Assembly (NCBI RefSeq): GCF_006345805.1
Contig: NC_043016.1
Coordinates: 29,140,001 to 29,204,000 of the forward strand
DNA: 64,000 bases
Reading direction: 5' to 3'
DNA from: Octopus sinensis
Lineage: Eukaryota
A program made the position numbers and the translations under genes. The notes beneath the pieces were generated by a model. The model made no database searches and was not told the DNA's origin. It worked only from the letters and a program-made list of their open reading frames with translations. Below are positions 26,100-39,029 of this stretch, in pieces. Each line of letters begins with the position of its first letter. Position 1 is the stretch's first letter.

Positions 26100-27849
26100 G
26101 TAAGTAAAATGAAGAATACAAAAACGCTACTGACAAAGTGTGTTCATTGGTTGGTAACAGAGTCCAGAGTGTTGGTCAATACAGAGAGAGAGAGAGGGGG
26201 GGGGAAGGAGGGAGAGGAAAGAGAATGAAGAATATGTGATAATGGAGTGAGAGAGGAAGAATGAAAAAAAAAAAAAAGAGATAAAAGAAATGAAATGCGT
26301 GTGTGTGCATGTCAGTGTGTATGTGTTTATGTATGAGCTTTTACTTGTTTGAGTCATTGGACTGTGGCCAGGCTGGAGCCATGAAGTGCTTAGTTGATCA
26401 AATTGACTTAAGTACTTAAAAGCCTATCAGTAGCTTCTGCCAAACAGCTAAATTATACATACATGTGTGTATAGGCGGGTGTATATATATATGCATGTAT
26501 TTTTGTACCCCACTCACCACACACAAAATATTGCAAAAAATTGAGACTTTTACATGCATAAAAATATTGAAAACTATCTCAAGAAAGGACTCAATATATG
26601 TGTATACTCCCACATGTCCATGATTTTTTGACAGTGACTTTGAAGTTCTTCCAATTGTAATTTAACCAAATTGTGTTGGTGTGTATACAGAAATATATAC
26701 ACACACAAATATATGCACACATGCACACAAATATATATATGTGTGTGTGTGTGTGTGTGAGTGTGTATCTTTTACTTGTTTCTGCCATTTGACTGCGACC
26801 ATGCTGGAGCACCACTTTGAAGGTTTTTAGTCAAACAAATCGGCCCCAGGACTTATTACTTTTTTTTTTATAAAGCTTCTTTTAAAGCTCATTCAGTTGG
26901 TCTCTTTTGTTGAACTGTTAAGTTATGGGGACATGAACATACCAACACCAGTTGGCAAGCAGTGGTGGAGGACAAGCACAGAAACAAAGACACACACAAT
27001 GGATTGATTTCAGTTTCCATCTACCAAGGTGTCACACAGTGGGCCTGAACCCAGTACCATGTAGTTGGGAATCGAGCTTCTTACCACACAGCCATGCATG
27101 CATCTACATATATATATATGTATATAGATATATATATATATATATATAATATATATATACTATATTAAAAGCCGCCTTATCAGGCCACCACCATCAATAC
27201 CTTTGGCTTCGCTGCCTTCTCCTTCACCACCATCACTACTGTCTTTCACATTGTTTACGATCACCGTCATCCTTGGCTACCTTGGCCACCATCACCACCA
27301 TAATCACCGTCACCTCTATCACAACTACAGCTCATACTATTACCATCAATATACTACCACCCTCACCATCTCTATGCCTACTATTACGCTCACCCCATCA
27401 TGAGTAATAGTAGAAGTGCCACTGAATAGTGAGAGAGGCAGTCAAAGAGTGACACACTGACACACACAAATTCGTTTTGGCATTTATTATTATTATTATT
27501 ATTATTATTTATACACACACAATGAGCTTCTTCCAGTTTCCATCTACCAAATCCATTCACAAGGCTTTGGTCAGCCCGAGGTTATAGAAGACACTTGCCC
27601 AAAGTTCCAGTCAGTGGACCTGAACCTGGGACTATGTAGTTGGGAAGCAAGCTTCTTACCACACAGCCACGACTACAGATTATATATATATATATTGCCC
27701 AAGATGCCATGCAGTGGTACTGAACCTGAAACCATGTGCACAGTCATGCATACATATAACCAGTCAGTTGTTCATAAGTCCCCCCACAAAAAGCACGCTA
27801 AAATCTTTTGAGCAATAATAATCAATGTAGTTGTTGGTTACTGTCAGTT

Positions 27850-29900
27850 AGTCTCCATCTCTGCCCACTCCTTTCTTAATCCCTAAATTTTACAAAACTC
27901 CAAAGGTGATGAGATAAGATTGTTGGGAGCAAGGTATAGTGTAGCAGGAAGGTCCTAGTCTAGAAGAAACCCACAAATAAAACCCACCCAGATCACTTGT
28001 GGATCCACAAATGTATGAACTCTCTTAGACCAGACAGGCACAGAATGCCCTGAATGAAGATCAGCATCCATCTCAAGGGAACTTGCCAGATTCAAAGTTG
28101 ACATTGCTACTACTACTTTAAATTAGACCCACGTACTGAGTGTAGGCCATCATGAAGAAACCATGAAGATCAACACTACCATGATGTTGACTTTGCCATT
28201 AAGAGCCAACTAGTCAGAACACAACAGCCTGGTACCCAAGGCCACATCCTACTTCAAAGGAGCCATTTCATGGCTGGTATCTGCCTATGCCCCAATACTT
28301 GATACAGAGGAAGACATCAAATAGGCATTTTACCATCAACTAGGTACTATTATTATCTCACTAGTTCCAAAGGGAGACCACCTCCTACTCTTGGGTGACT
28401 TTAATGATAGAGTAGAAAAGACCAATAGTTATGGCCAAATATAATTGAGAGAGAAACAATTTGAAACTATAATGAAAAAGGTCAGCTCTTTCTGGGCCTC
28501 GATACTGAACACGAATTGTTCATCACAAACACCCAGTTCTGACACCTGACATAAGACAACCTTGAAACACTCACAATCAAAAAAGTGGTACACCCTCAAC
28601 TACAGCAGTGCAAGCCAGTGCCATAAGGAAAATGGCTGTTATGCAATGATTTGGCCTACCAAAACCCTTTGTGGGAATGATTAGATCAATGCATGATGGT
28701 GTGTGTTATCCACCAAGCTAACACCTCAGAAGAATTTCCCATCCCATGCAGTCTGAAACAGGGCTGTGTTCCTGCACCCACACTCTTCTCATTTAACCTT
28801 ATTGCCATGCTTCATGAAATTCCTTAGAACAACTCAGGTGTAGAAATCAAGTACCGTTTGATGGAGGACTTCCTAATCTATCAAGGCTCCACTTTCAGCA
28901 TCCCACCAGCACCATCAAAATAAATGTAATGCAGTATGCAGATGACAATGCTGCCCCTGCCCACCCATCTGAGGCCTTACAACTATCTGTCAGCAATTTC
29001 TGAATGGCATATTCCCAGTTTGGCCTAACATTTAACAAAGGCAAAACCGAAATCATTGTAATCCACCAAAGTGTAACATCACCATTAGCAGAACCTCCAT
29101 TGAATATGTTGAACATTTCCTTTATCTTTTCCCTTATCTTGACAGCCTCCTGCTTGTCTAATGTACATCATCAAAGGATTTAGAAAACAGGATCTAAGCA
29201 GCCACTCAGCCTTTGGTAATCAGTAGTCTTAAAATGAAAATGGTGGTGTACAATGCCATAGTTGTGTCTACTCTGCTGTATGAATGTGAGATGTGGACCC
29301 TGTATTGCCATGACCTGCAAATACTTGAATAATTCCATCAAAAGAAACTCCAGTCTATCCTGAACACGAAAAGAGAAGACTATGTTTCCAATATTGATGT
29401 ATTAATACAGAGTGGGACAAATTAGCATGGAGGTTACATCATCAAGCACTTCCTCAGACGAGCAGGCCATGTGGCTCACATGGGGGAAAACAGGCTCCCA
29501 AAGATGTTCCTGTTTGTATAAATGAACAATGGGAGATGCCCTCAGAGATACCCCCTGCAACACTACAAAGACTAATTGAAGGAAACTCCAAAGAGTACTG
29601 ACATAGACCAAAATTCCTGAGAAATGACAGCCAACCAATGCAATGATCGGCATAATTTGACCGAGGCAGGAATATCCCATTTTGAAGAACAGATATTGGA
29701 ATGAAAATAGAACAGGAAAGACAGTGCAACCCAGGCCTAATCTACACCTGTGATTCATGCTACTGACTGTTTAGAGCAAGAATTGGGCTTATTAGCCATC
29801 AGAAAGCCCTTTGTTACCTACAGCACAAGTGATCCCAAACCCCAACACTAACCCCACCCCTCTGGACCGAAATATACTATATACTCGGAAACAAGTTATT
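27850..29900 (+). mobile_element. RTE-BovB-like LINE, internally deleted and decayed
   Basis: APE motifs SAYAP and LLLLGDFN; RT motifs LKQGCVPAPTLF, YADD and FGLTFNKGKTE; C-terminal C2H2-like remnant near 29745-29800. Confidence 0.88.
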
Positions 29901-30889
29901 GCTGACAAATTATACACGATGGAGATATATATGAGAGCAAAGTGAGAAAGAAATTAAGTAAGGAGAAGAATTATGTAAACAGATCAAGAGTGCATTGATA
30001 ATAGTAGTAGTAGCAGCAGCAGCAATGGTAGTGATCTTAGTTGTAGCAGTAGCAGTGATGGCACAGTTAACTGTAATCTGCACTAAATTACATATTTTGA
30101 CACAAAACGCCCACCAAACAAAAACAAATAACAAAAACAAAAAAAGAGACAATAAACATCTTCTAAATCATAGACAGATTACAGGAATCTCAAAGCAGTC
30201 TATTGATTTCTGTCTGTCTGCCTGTCTGTTTATCTATTTTTTTATATCAACCTATCTATATATGCATGTCTCCTGTATTTGTCTGTCTACCACTTTCTGT
30301 TTCTCTATCTACCTCTATGTCTTTGTTTCTCTCTCTCTCTCACACACACACAAAAATTAATTTTATCTGTATCTGTCTGTCTGTCTACAACAAAATGTCT
30401 GCTATTATGTCAATAATTTAGCAGAGTTGGTAGAACAGAACCAGTAGAATACCAGACAAAATTTTTTATATTCATTAATAACATCACTCCAAATATTCTG
30501 AGTTTGAAACCCACCAGGGTAACTTTGCCTGCCATTCTTCCAGGTGTCAAAATTTTGTAAGAATGATGCACTGGAGTTGTTTTTGATTTATTACAAACTC
30601 TCTTCAAATTTTATTTCCTTCTGTAGAAATGGTAAGAAGGCAGAATTTTAACCAGTTCTTTATATTCTGAGTTCAAATTTCAGAGTTAATTTGGTTTCCA
30701 TATACGTCAGGGTTGATGAAATAAAATACCAGTCAAGAGCTTACGGTTGATACAAACAACTATCCTTCTCTCACTGCATTTAAGAACTGCCGCTGCCACC
30801 GCCACTACTACTACTACTACTACCACCACCACCACCACCACCACCACCACCACCACCACTACTACTACTCATAATAATAATAATAAACA

Positions 30890-31740
30890 ATTAATTCCAT
30901 GTAGCTACAACAGAAGTCATTGGAAAAAATAGGTGGGAATGGCTGATGAAAGGAACCCTAAAAAAAGAGACTGAGAGCACTATACTGGCAGTGCAGGACC
31001 AAGCTTTGGCCTTGAAATGGAGGGTCAACCTGAGGAATGAGCAAGTGTCTCCACTGTGCCACATCTGCAATAAAGTGGATGAAACCATTGTCCATATCAC
31101 AAACAAATGTCCTAGACTTGCCCAAAACCACCACTACAAGTTATGGTGGCATGACCAGGTAGCTAAAAGTGTTACATTGGAAACTGCACGAAAAGTGGGG
31201 GCTAGAGAGAGGCAAGACGTGGTATGAGCACAAACTGCAGAGAGTGGCAGAGTCGGAGACTAGCAAAAACATCTGGGATTTCCCATTCTAAACAGATCAG
31301 GTGCTAGAGCATAACAGACCAGAACTAGTGATGGTGGATGAGGTGCACAACATATGCTATATAGTTGATGTTGCATGCCCCTTTGACTCATGAATAGTCA
31401 AGAAAGAAGAGGTAAAGATAGATACAACCCTCTTAAGTATGAAACAGCCTGGTTATGGAAAATGAAGACAGTGAAGATAGTGCCAATTATTGTTAGGTCC
31501 TTGGGAAACAGTATCAGAAGGCATCAAGAAGAATATAAATGAAATTGGAATAGAATGCCCAGCAGAACTGTCACAAAAGGTTTTCCTCCTTGGCACGGCC
31601 AGAATAATCAGGAAAGTATTAGATAGCTGAAAAGAATAAATAGCATGGTACTGTAGGCTGCAGGTAGTGAGCCCGCTACGCATGCAAGACTCCAGGAGCT
31701 CAAACAAAACTTGTGATAAAGAGAAAATAATCTTGGTCTA
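30890..31740 (+). mobile_element. R4/Dong-like RLE non-LTR retrotransposon 3' fragment
   Basis: KKETESTILAVQDQAL; CCHC knuckle CHICNKVDETIVHITNKC; WYEH; HNRPELV...IVDVACPFD restriction-like endonuclease. Abuts a (TAA)n tract. Confidence 0.88.
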
Positions 31741-31903
31741 AGTTATTATACTGAAAAGCATTTTCTTTGATTTGTCCCTTTCATCATCTTGTGTCTGTAT
31801 ATGTTTATATAAACAGGATAATATGAATATGCGTGCAGTGTGTGTATGTGATAGATATTGATGTATATATGCACACATATTTATTTATATATGTGTATGT
31901 ATG

Positions 31904-31944
<41 letters not shown>

Positions 31945-32557
31945 TGAACCTGTTGAGCCAGGTTCCTATAATGAGCCAATGAAACCGAGTTGCATTGGGC
32001 TGAATCAAACATATATAATAAGCAGAAACCAGGTATGTTATTCAATGCTTTATAGTATATACACATGTCTCATCAAAATACCAAAATAAATTACATAACA
32101 GTGGTAAAAAACATTATGCAATCAACATGACAAACACTTAAGAAGACACCAGTAACTACAAAAACTGTTATGTTCACTTTTGTTTATTTCTTAAATCAAA
32201 CAAAAGGAAATGTTTTAAACTTTAGTTAATGTTATGGTCTCATAACAGACAAAATTCTACTGTATTTCAGTGACCCAGTCACAGATGCACACCTAAACTT
32301 TTTAACACTTTGTAGAACACACACACACACACATTATTATCATTCATTTTCCATGCTGGCAAAAATTTGATTGTCATTGTGCTACCTGTTTGGAGGTGTT
32401 TCAAATCCAAGATGGGCCAGGGACTATGTCATACTTTCCTTTTGACATGGCTTCTATAATCTACATGTGTATGTATATATAAATGTGTGTGTGTGTGTGA
32501 GCGTGCATATATATGTGTGTGTGTTTGTGTGTATATATATATATATATATATACATA

Positions 32558-33333
32558 CACAAGCAAAACGCCTCCCGTCCAATGGACGGTGCTGAGTTGT
32601 CAAACATTTAAACCAAATTTTCTCAAAACAACTTGTCCGACCGTCCCATAGGCCTCCCCTTTGAGAAACACTGATTTAACCCTTTCGTTACCGTATTCAT
32701 TTTGAGATGCTCTGGGTTTCTTTCAATTAATTGTAAATATAACAAAGAATTTAGTAAAATAACTTACTTATCATTCAGCTACTGTTAGGATCATAAATTG
32801 TGACTAAGGTTTGGTGGTATATTTTAATGAAAAACTTATGAAAATAAGACATTTATATTACAGAGCCAGAGCCGGTTTTGGCCGGGTTAGTATCAAAAGG
32901 GTTAACCTAAATTTGAGACACCAGCAAAAGAAGAAATAAAGATAGACTTTTTTCTATTCCAAAGAAAAACGATTTTATTCACACAAATATGCAACCGAAG
33001 TGTTTAAAGTACCAGTAATGATAAGGCTGTTGACTGGGAGAACACAAACATGGTTTAAACAGTAAGCTTGGCAGGAAAGAAATGTGCCTTTAAGCAGTAC
33101 AAAAACAACTAAAAATGGAAAGTGCAGTTATGTACAGGTTGACGGAAGAAAAGCAGGACAAAAACGGCTTTATCGATCGCATTCTCACCTGGAATTGATT
33201 TTTGTAATTTTTTCAAGACTTATACACGCCCTGATACCGTCGGTATCTACATATCAAATTTGAGCGCAATCGGATGGAGGATGCCCTAGATACTAGACGA
33301 CACACACAGAGACAGACAGAACAGATTTTATAT

Positions 33334-33345
<12 letters not shown>
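32558..33345 (-). mobile_element. Helitron/DINE-like non-autonomous element, split by a piggyBac-like MITE
   Basis: Perfect hairpin CCGTCC-AAT-GGACGG near one end (CTTGT terminus on minus). A GTCT/GT microsatellite and CCGATTGCGCTCAAATTT lie near the other end. Confidence 0.6.
32680..32901 (+). mobile_element. piggyBac-like MITE P1
   Basis: TTAA TSD; same body as 819-1040. Confidence 0.88.
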
Positions 33346-33373
<28 letters not shown>

Positions 33374-34353
33374 AAATGTGTGTGTGTGAGAGAGAGAGAG
33401 AGTGTGCCACTCATCCAAGCCAGTCAGTTGATTAGCTCTGAAACAGCTAACACAATCATCTATCTGATGTCACTCCACAACACACTAATGTCACACGCAC
33501 GCACACATGTACACACACATGCACGCACGTGTGCACACACACATACACACACACAATTGCTCTGCTACTCTTTCATTCATTCAATACGTGATATGTTGAA
33601 CAGAATAAATAAGTAAGTGTAGGGCAATACAAATGGCATCGACCAAAAAAATTACAAAGGATCTGAGAGTTATGTAAGAAATTCCAGAAACAAATTCTAA
33701 AATCTGTACTTGATAAGAAGAAACACATACATAAATACAAAAAGAGAAATAACATGGTAACTACATTGGAAATGTCACTTTCTCTCTCTCTTTCTCTCTG
33801 CCCTCTCTCTCTCTTTCTCTTTGACACACACACACACACACACTCACTCTCAGTATGTGGTTTGTGGGGTCGACCGCGTCCTCCGCTTCATTTTTTGTTA
33901 ATCACTCATTCTCATTTAATTGTATATATTTTAATTGTTTGTTTATTCATATGTTTCGTCTCATTCGATACCCTGACCCCCAACGTTTGTTTTGTCCCCT
34001 CTTTTTCTCAACCTTATGATGAATAAAGAAATACTCTCTCTCTCACACACACACACACACTCTCTCTCTCACACACACACACTCTCTCTCTCACACACAC
34101 ACACACACTCTCTCACTCTTGGTGTATTGCATTTGTCTGTCTATCAAATTCAGTCCATTTATGTATCCTTCTTCAGTTTTCCATTTTCTCGCCAATTGTT
34201 GCTTCCAAGATGAAACACACTGACGCAAATGAAACTGGTCATTATAAAACTATAGAAACACTTGCCCCTCTCTCCTTCAATAACATAAGTGTGGACTTGC
34301 TAGAAATCTCAGCTAAATCACATGTGAATCATACGATACTGATTTGAGATATA

Positions 34354-34740
34354 TCTTTATATATAAAAGTAAGGTTGTGTGTCTGTCTACTCCGATTTAG
34401 ATTCCTAACTACTCCCACATTTTGCGGTGCAGTTTAACCAAAACCGGGTATCTTATAGTCGTGATTCATATCGAGCCCTTCTAGGTATTAGTGCGTGTCT
34501 ACGATGAGTCTACGATTTAAAAAAACATTTACCATAATTTTTTCCATTTTTAATGCATTTTTTTCGCTATTATATAAGGAAGTAACTCTCTAAAAATGTC
34601 TACGATGAGTCAACGATTTAAAAAAAAATTTACCATAATTTTTTTTTCCATTTTTAATGCATTTTTTGGCTATAACTCTCTAAAAATGCTTTATAGTTAT
34701 TTCCCTTACAAACCCGAGCAACGCCGGGCGATACTGCTAG
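34354..34740 (+). mobile_element. Non-autonomous Helitron, copy 2
   Basis: Same termini and near-identical body as 10639-11135. Confidence 0.85.
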
Positions 34741-35762
34741 TATTTTATAACAGAAAGTACACATAACATAGACAGCTTTGAAAAAGGCAGGATGACAAAG
34801 CTTCAGCATGATTGCTCTAAGACTAAAAAACAACACCCTGACAATATGCCTTGCATCTCCTCCCTCTCTCTCACACAGAGGCAGATTTTCTACAGTCAGA
34901 TGCCCTTTCTGCCACCAACCTTTAGCTGTTTCCAAGTAAGGTAATATTTCCTCATGCCCAGACCTATTCTTGCAGAATATCAGAAACGAATGGTATTTCT
35001 TGTGACAAGCATTTTACAACTATCATGTGATGTCAAGATAAACACACACACACACACACACACACAAGTGTGTGAGTGGAGAGCTTCTTTTCTAGTTTCC
35101 ATCTACCAAATCCAGACACCAGGCTTTGGTTGCCATAGGGATATTGTAGAAGATTGTTTCCTAATATGCTGTGCAATGAGACAGAATCCAGAACCATGCG
35201 GTTTGGAAGCAAACTTCTTACCACACAGCCATGCCTATGCACATATGTGTGTGTGTGTGTATACATATATACACACATATATATATTTCTTTACTGCCCA
35301 CAAGGGGCTAAACATAGAGGGGACAAACGAGGACAGACGAAGGGATTGAGTCGATTATATCGCCCCCCAGTGCGTAACTGGTACTTTATTTATCGACCCC
35401 AAAAGGATGAAAGGCAAAGTTGACCTCGGCGGAATTTGAACTCAGAACGTAACGACAGACGAAATACTGCTAAGCATTTCACCCGGTGCGCTAACGTGTC
35501 TGCCAGCTCGCCGCCTTTATACACACATATATATCTTAACTTTTATCTTTTGTCTCATTCACTAGACTGTGGCCATGCTGGGGCACTACTTTGAAGAAAT
35601 TTTAGTCAAATGAATTGACCCCAGTATTTAGGGTTTTTTTCTTCTTCTTGTTTTTTAAGCCTGATACTTATTCTATCATTCTCTTTTGCCGAACCACTAA
35701 GTTCCTCAAATCACACACTCTAGAGTCTTTGAGGTAAAGGATATAATAATAATAATATAATA

Positions 35763-35862
35763 NNNNNNNNNNNNNNNNNNNNNNNNNNNNNNNNNNNNNN
35801 NNNNNNNNNNNNNNNNNNNNNNNNNNNNNNNNNNNNNNNNNNNNNNNNNNNNNNNNNNNNNN
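35763..35862. other. Assembly gap (100 N, true size unknown)
   Basis: Run of N. Confidence 0.99.
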
Positions 35863-36116
35863 CAGTACATCACCCCTTATCTTATTTTCGACATTTGTTC
35901 ACTAATATTATATTTTATGTATTTAGTCATTACCATCCCTCAAGTAAGCCCTCACTTATCACGAGTTACACCTGCTCTATAACCAATCAGTCCTTGTTAC
36001 CTACTCCTTCAATAAACAAATAAAAAAATTCAAACAGGCAAACAAGATATGCCATGCTACTGAATATTGCACATGAAGGATTAAAGAGGGACACTATATG
36101 CATATATATATATATA

Positions 36117-36150
<34 letters not shown>

Positions 36151-36258
36151 AATCCCCAAAAATGAAGAGCAAACAAAAAGAAAACAAAAACAAACAACAA
36201 CACAAGGACATGGTATATGTAAAGTATTAGCAGATGCTCGGGGAAGGAAAGAAAGGTG

Positions 36259-36292
36259 GTTTTATGTTTCGAGCAAAGCTCTACTTCAGAAT
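36259..36292 (-). ncRNA. Degenerate hammerhead-like motif, same repeat family as 19560-19745 (element about 36130-36330)
   Basis: Minus strand reads CTGAAGTA-GAGC(TTT)GCTC-GAAA-CA-TA-AAAC; flanks align by eye with the 19.6 kb copy. Confidence 0.4.
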
Positions 36293-36464
36293 AGGAGAAA
36301 GAGGAAAGCCCAATAGAAGAGGAAGATGAAGGAAAAAAAAAAAAAAAAAAAAAAATCGCCAATGATTCACATGTGGTTCCTTTTTAAAAAAAAAAAAACA
36401 TATATTGTTTGTAGAAAATAAATGTGGAGAAGAAGCACACTCTAAGAATAAGATCAGTATTATC

Positions 36465-36657
36465 AAAGGTGGAAGGCTGGTTTATGAATTACCCTGGGTT
36501 TCCTGTCTATAAAGGGTTTAGCTTTATGGTGTATCATAAGACCCCAAAACCTGTTGGCTACAAGACCTGTTTTGGGGTCTGATGATATGCCATAAAGCTA
36601 AACTCTTTGTAGATGATAAACCCAGGGTAATCCCATAAACCAGCCTTTCCCACTTTT
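36465..36657. repeat. Long imperfect fold-back (about 85-bp stem, short loop), possibly a MITE
   Basis: aaggctggtttatg..ttaccctgggttt..tttagctttatgg..agaccccaaaac pairs with its reverse complement ending ccagcctttcccactttta. Confidence 0.88.
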
Positions 36658-37858
36658 AATATATATATATATATATATATAGTTATTCAATATATTAGAA
36701 ATAGCAACCAAATCTTTGAGTCACATCTACTTGCTTGGATAAAGGTCAAACTGGATAATATAGTTCTAGATATCCATGATGGGATAGTCGTTGTTGGGAA
36801 GGCTTTGATTACATGTACATTTAGTCAGAACTAACATGAAGATGAACAAACGAAGGAGCTTCTATGAGGCTGTTTGACCTACTAGAAATAATAGCCAGTC
36901 TCTGTTGAATAACATCCGACTGCCTTAGAAAAGGAAGTACAGGGTGGTCATGGTTGAGATATTTTTGATATTAGGGTTGTTTGGTTAACGATGACTAGTA
37001 AGTAAGAACAACAACAAAAAAAAAAAAGATCAGCAAAAAAGATACAGCATGGACAGGCTCTCGAATAGCACAACACAAAAGTAACCACTGAATGGTTGAT
37101 AAGCTGTGTACCTATGTATAAGTACTGAAGAATGGCCTCAGTAAGGTGAACCTTTCAGGTGAATTGATAAAGAACTGAGATACCTGGCACCTGGCTGTAC
37201 TCAAGAAGACCTGTACTCTGCAACAGAAGTGTTAAGACTGATCCTTCTGGTGGCGTACAGCACTAGTGGAAGTGCCAATGCAGCATCATATAAAAGTGCC
37301 CATATGGTGCCATGTAAAAGTACCTGTGTGGTGTCACATAAAAGTGCCTGTGTGATGTTATGTAGGAGTACCCAGCACACTTTGTAAAGTGGTTGGCATT
37401 AGGAAGGGCATCCAGCCATAGAAACCATGTCAAATCAAACTGGAGTCTGATGTAAAACCCACCAGCTTGCCAGCTCTGGTCATACTATTCAGCCCATGCC
37501 AACGTGGACAACAGACATTAAATGATGATGATAATGATGATGAACTATAGGTCATTACCCATGGCTGCTTAGGATTTGAGTTACACATTTTGCTATTTTA
37601 ATTCCAGAAGACTGCTGCAGCAGGAATGACTGACAAACTGTTTTGATGTTGTTGCTTAGATCCAGATTTGCCCTGATTAATCAAACTGAGAATGAAGAGC
37701 TATGATCACCACCTGACGTTCAGGAATAGTGTATCTAAGACAAGAGTGTTCATTGAACCCTTTATTCTTAAGACTCTGTATATCTGACGGAAATTTAACT
37801 TCTATGTCTAGCAGGTGGAGAAACTGCACAGAAGCACCCTCATTGGCTCATAAATCTT

Positions 37859-37911
37859 TCATGCAATCCTTTGAGATGCTGATGTTTTCTTCAATCCTAT
37901 TTCCCTTACAT
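37859..37911 (-). CDS. Candidate alternative terminal exon (phase 1): (D)VREIGLKKTSASQRIA*
   Basis: gttttAG acceptor 1.1 kb past the large exon, compatible phase and similar composition. AATAAA on the minus strand at 37761-37766. Confidence 0.4.
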
Positions 37912-38139
37912 CTAAAACATTCATTAACAAAAGCTTAAATTGAATATTTCATCACACTATTTTTGCAGTTATTACCATTTTCTTATCTCAGAGATCCTGA
38001 AGATAATAGATTGGTGGTGTAGGCAGTGTAACTACAAATAACTTCTTTCATTTGACTAATAAAGAGGTGTGGTATGACCCCCCCCCCCAACTAATAAAGA
38101 GACATGTTTTAAATACTAATGATACTTTTGACTCTTTAC

Positions 38140-38427
38140 AAAGTCAGAAAACAGCACAGCTCCCATGACTTTCGGAAACATTTTTTCACGCTCAGAGTTG
38201 CTGAAGCGTGGAACAAACTGCCTGCGTCAGTTGTTGACTGCCATGACACTGCATCCTTTAAGGCCCTCATGCTTTCCGAAATCCGCCGAAACTACACCTG
38301 ATTGTCCCCCTTCCATACTCATACACATATGTGTATGTCATGATTCATGCACTGTTCTTTTCCTGACGCTTGTACATTACCCTATGTACTATACATACAC
38401 TTTAGATGAGTTGTAGTGCACACAATG

Positions 38428-38459
<32 letters not shown>

Positions 38460-38460
38460 G
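38140..38460 (+). mobile_element. CR1-type LINE 3' end with (ATT)n tail
   Basis: RKHFFTLRVAEAWNKLPASVV; tail at 38430-38458. Confidence 0.85.
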
Positions 38461-39029
38461 GCTAATAAAAATTTATATTATAATTTTCTACCTTGTTATT
38501 GTCCCATGTCAGCCTTTGGTTCAAAGCCTGTCTAAGGAAATCAGAGACAGATTCAAAATGGGCTGCAACTATTGTCTCACAAAATGAGGAGGCTGAGACA
38601 ATGCGTTTTCTTAAGTGGCTTGATGTTAGGGAAGAGAAAAAGCTCCTACCAAGAGTTGAAACTAAGATGAATTCATCCAGGAGCTTAATTGCTTTCTGTA
38701 CGCAAGATGCTGTATATGTCTGTTATAACGATTAGTTTCAATTTAGTATAAGGACAATATCTTTCAAGGAAGTGGAATTTTATTAATTACAATTACCCCA
38801 ACCTTTGCTTATATTACACTTATTTAGTATGGAACAAAGGAGATCTGGTGATATTGAAACATGGAGAAAGGGATTAAAGAAAATACTAAAAAAGACCAAA
38901 TGCAACTTATTTTCTACACTTACATTATTAAAAAAAAAACAAAAAAAATAAATAAAAAAAAAACATTATTAATACAGGCAAAGTTGATTAGAGGTGAAGT
39001 AAAAGAAGAGCAAAAAGAAAAGTTCATAC

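Noticed and set aside
38488-38700. Open frames on both strands just past the large exon
   Set aside because: The minus-strand reading starts in phase 1 but ends in phase 0 at a weak donor, which does not fit exon 14458. The plus ORF has no splice or homology support. Unresolved.
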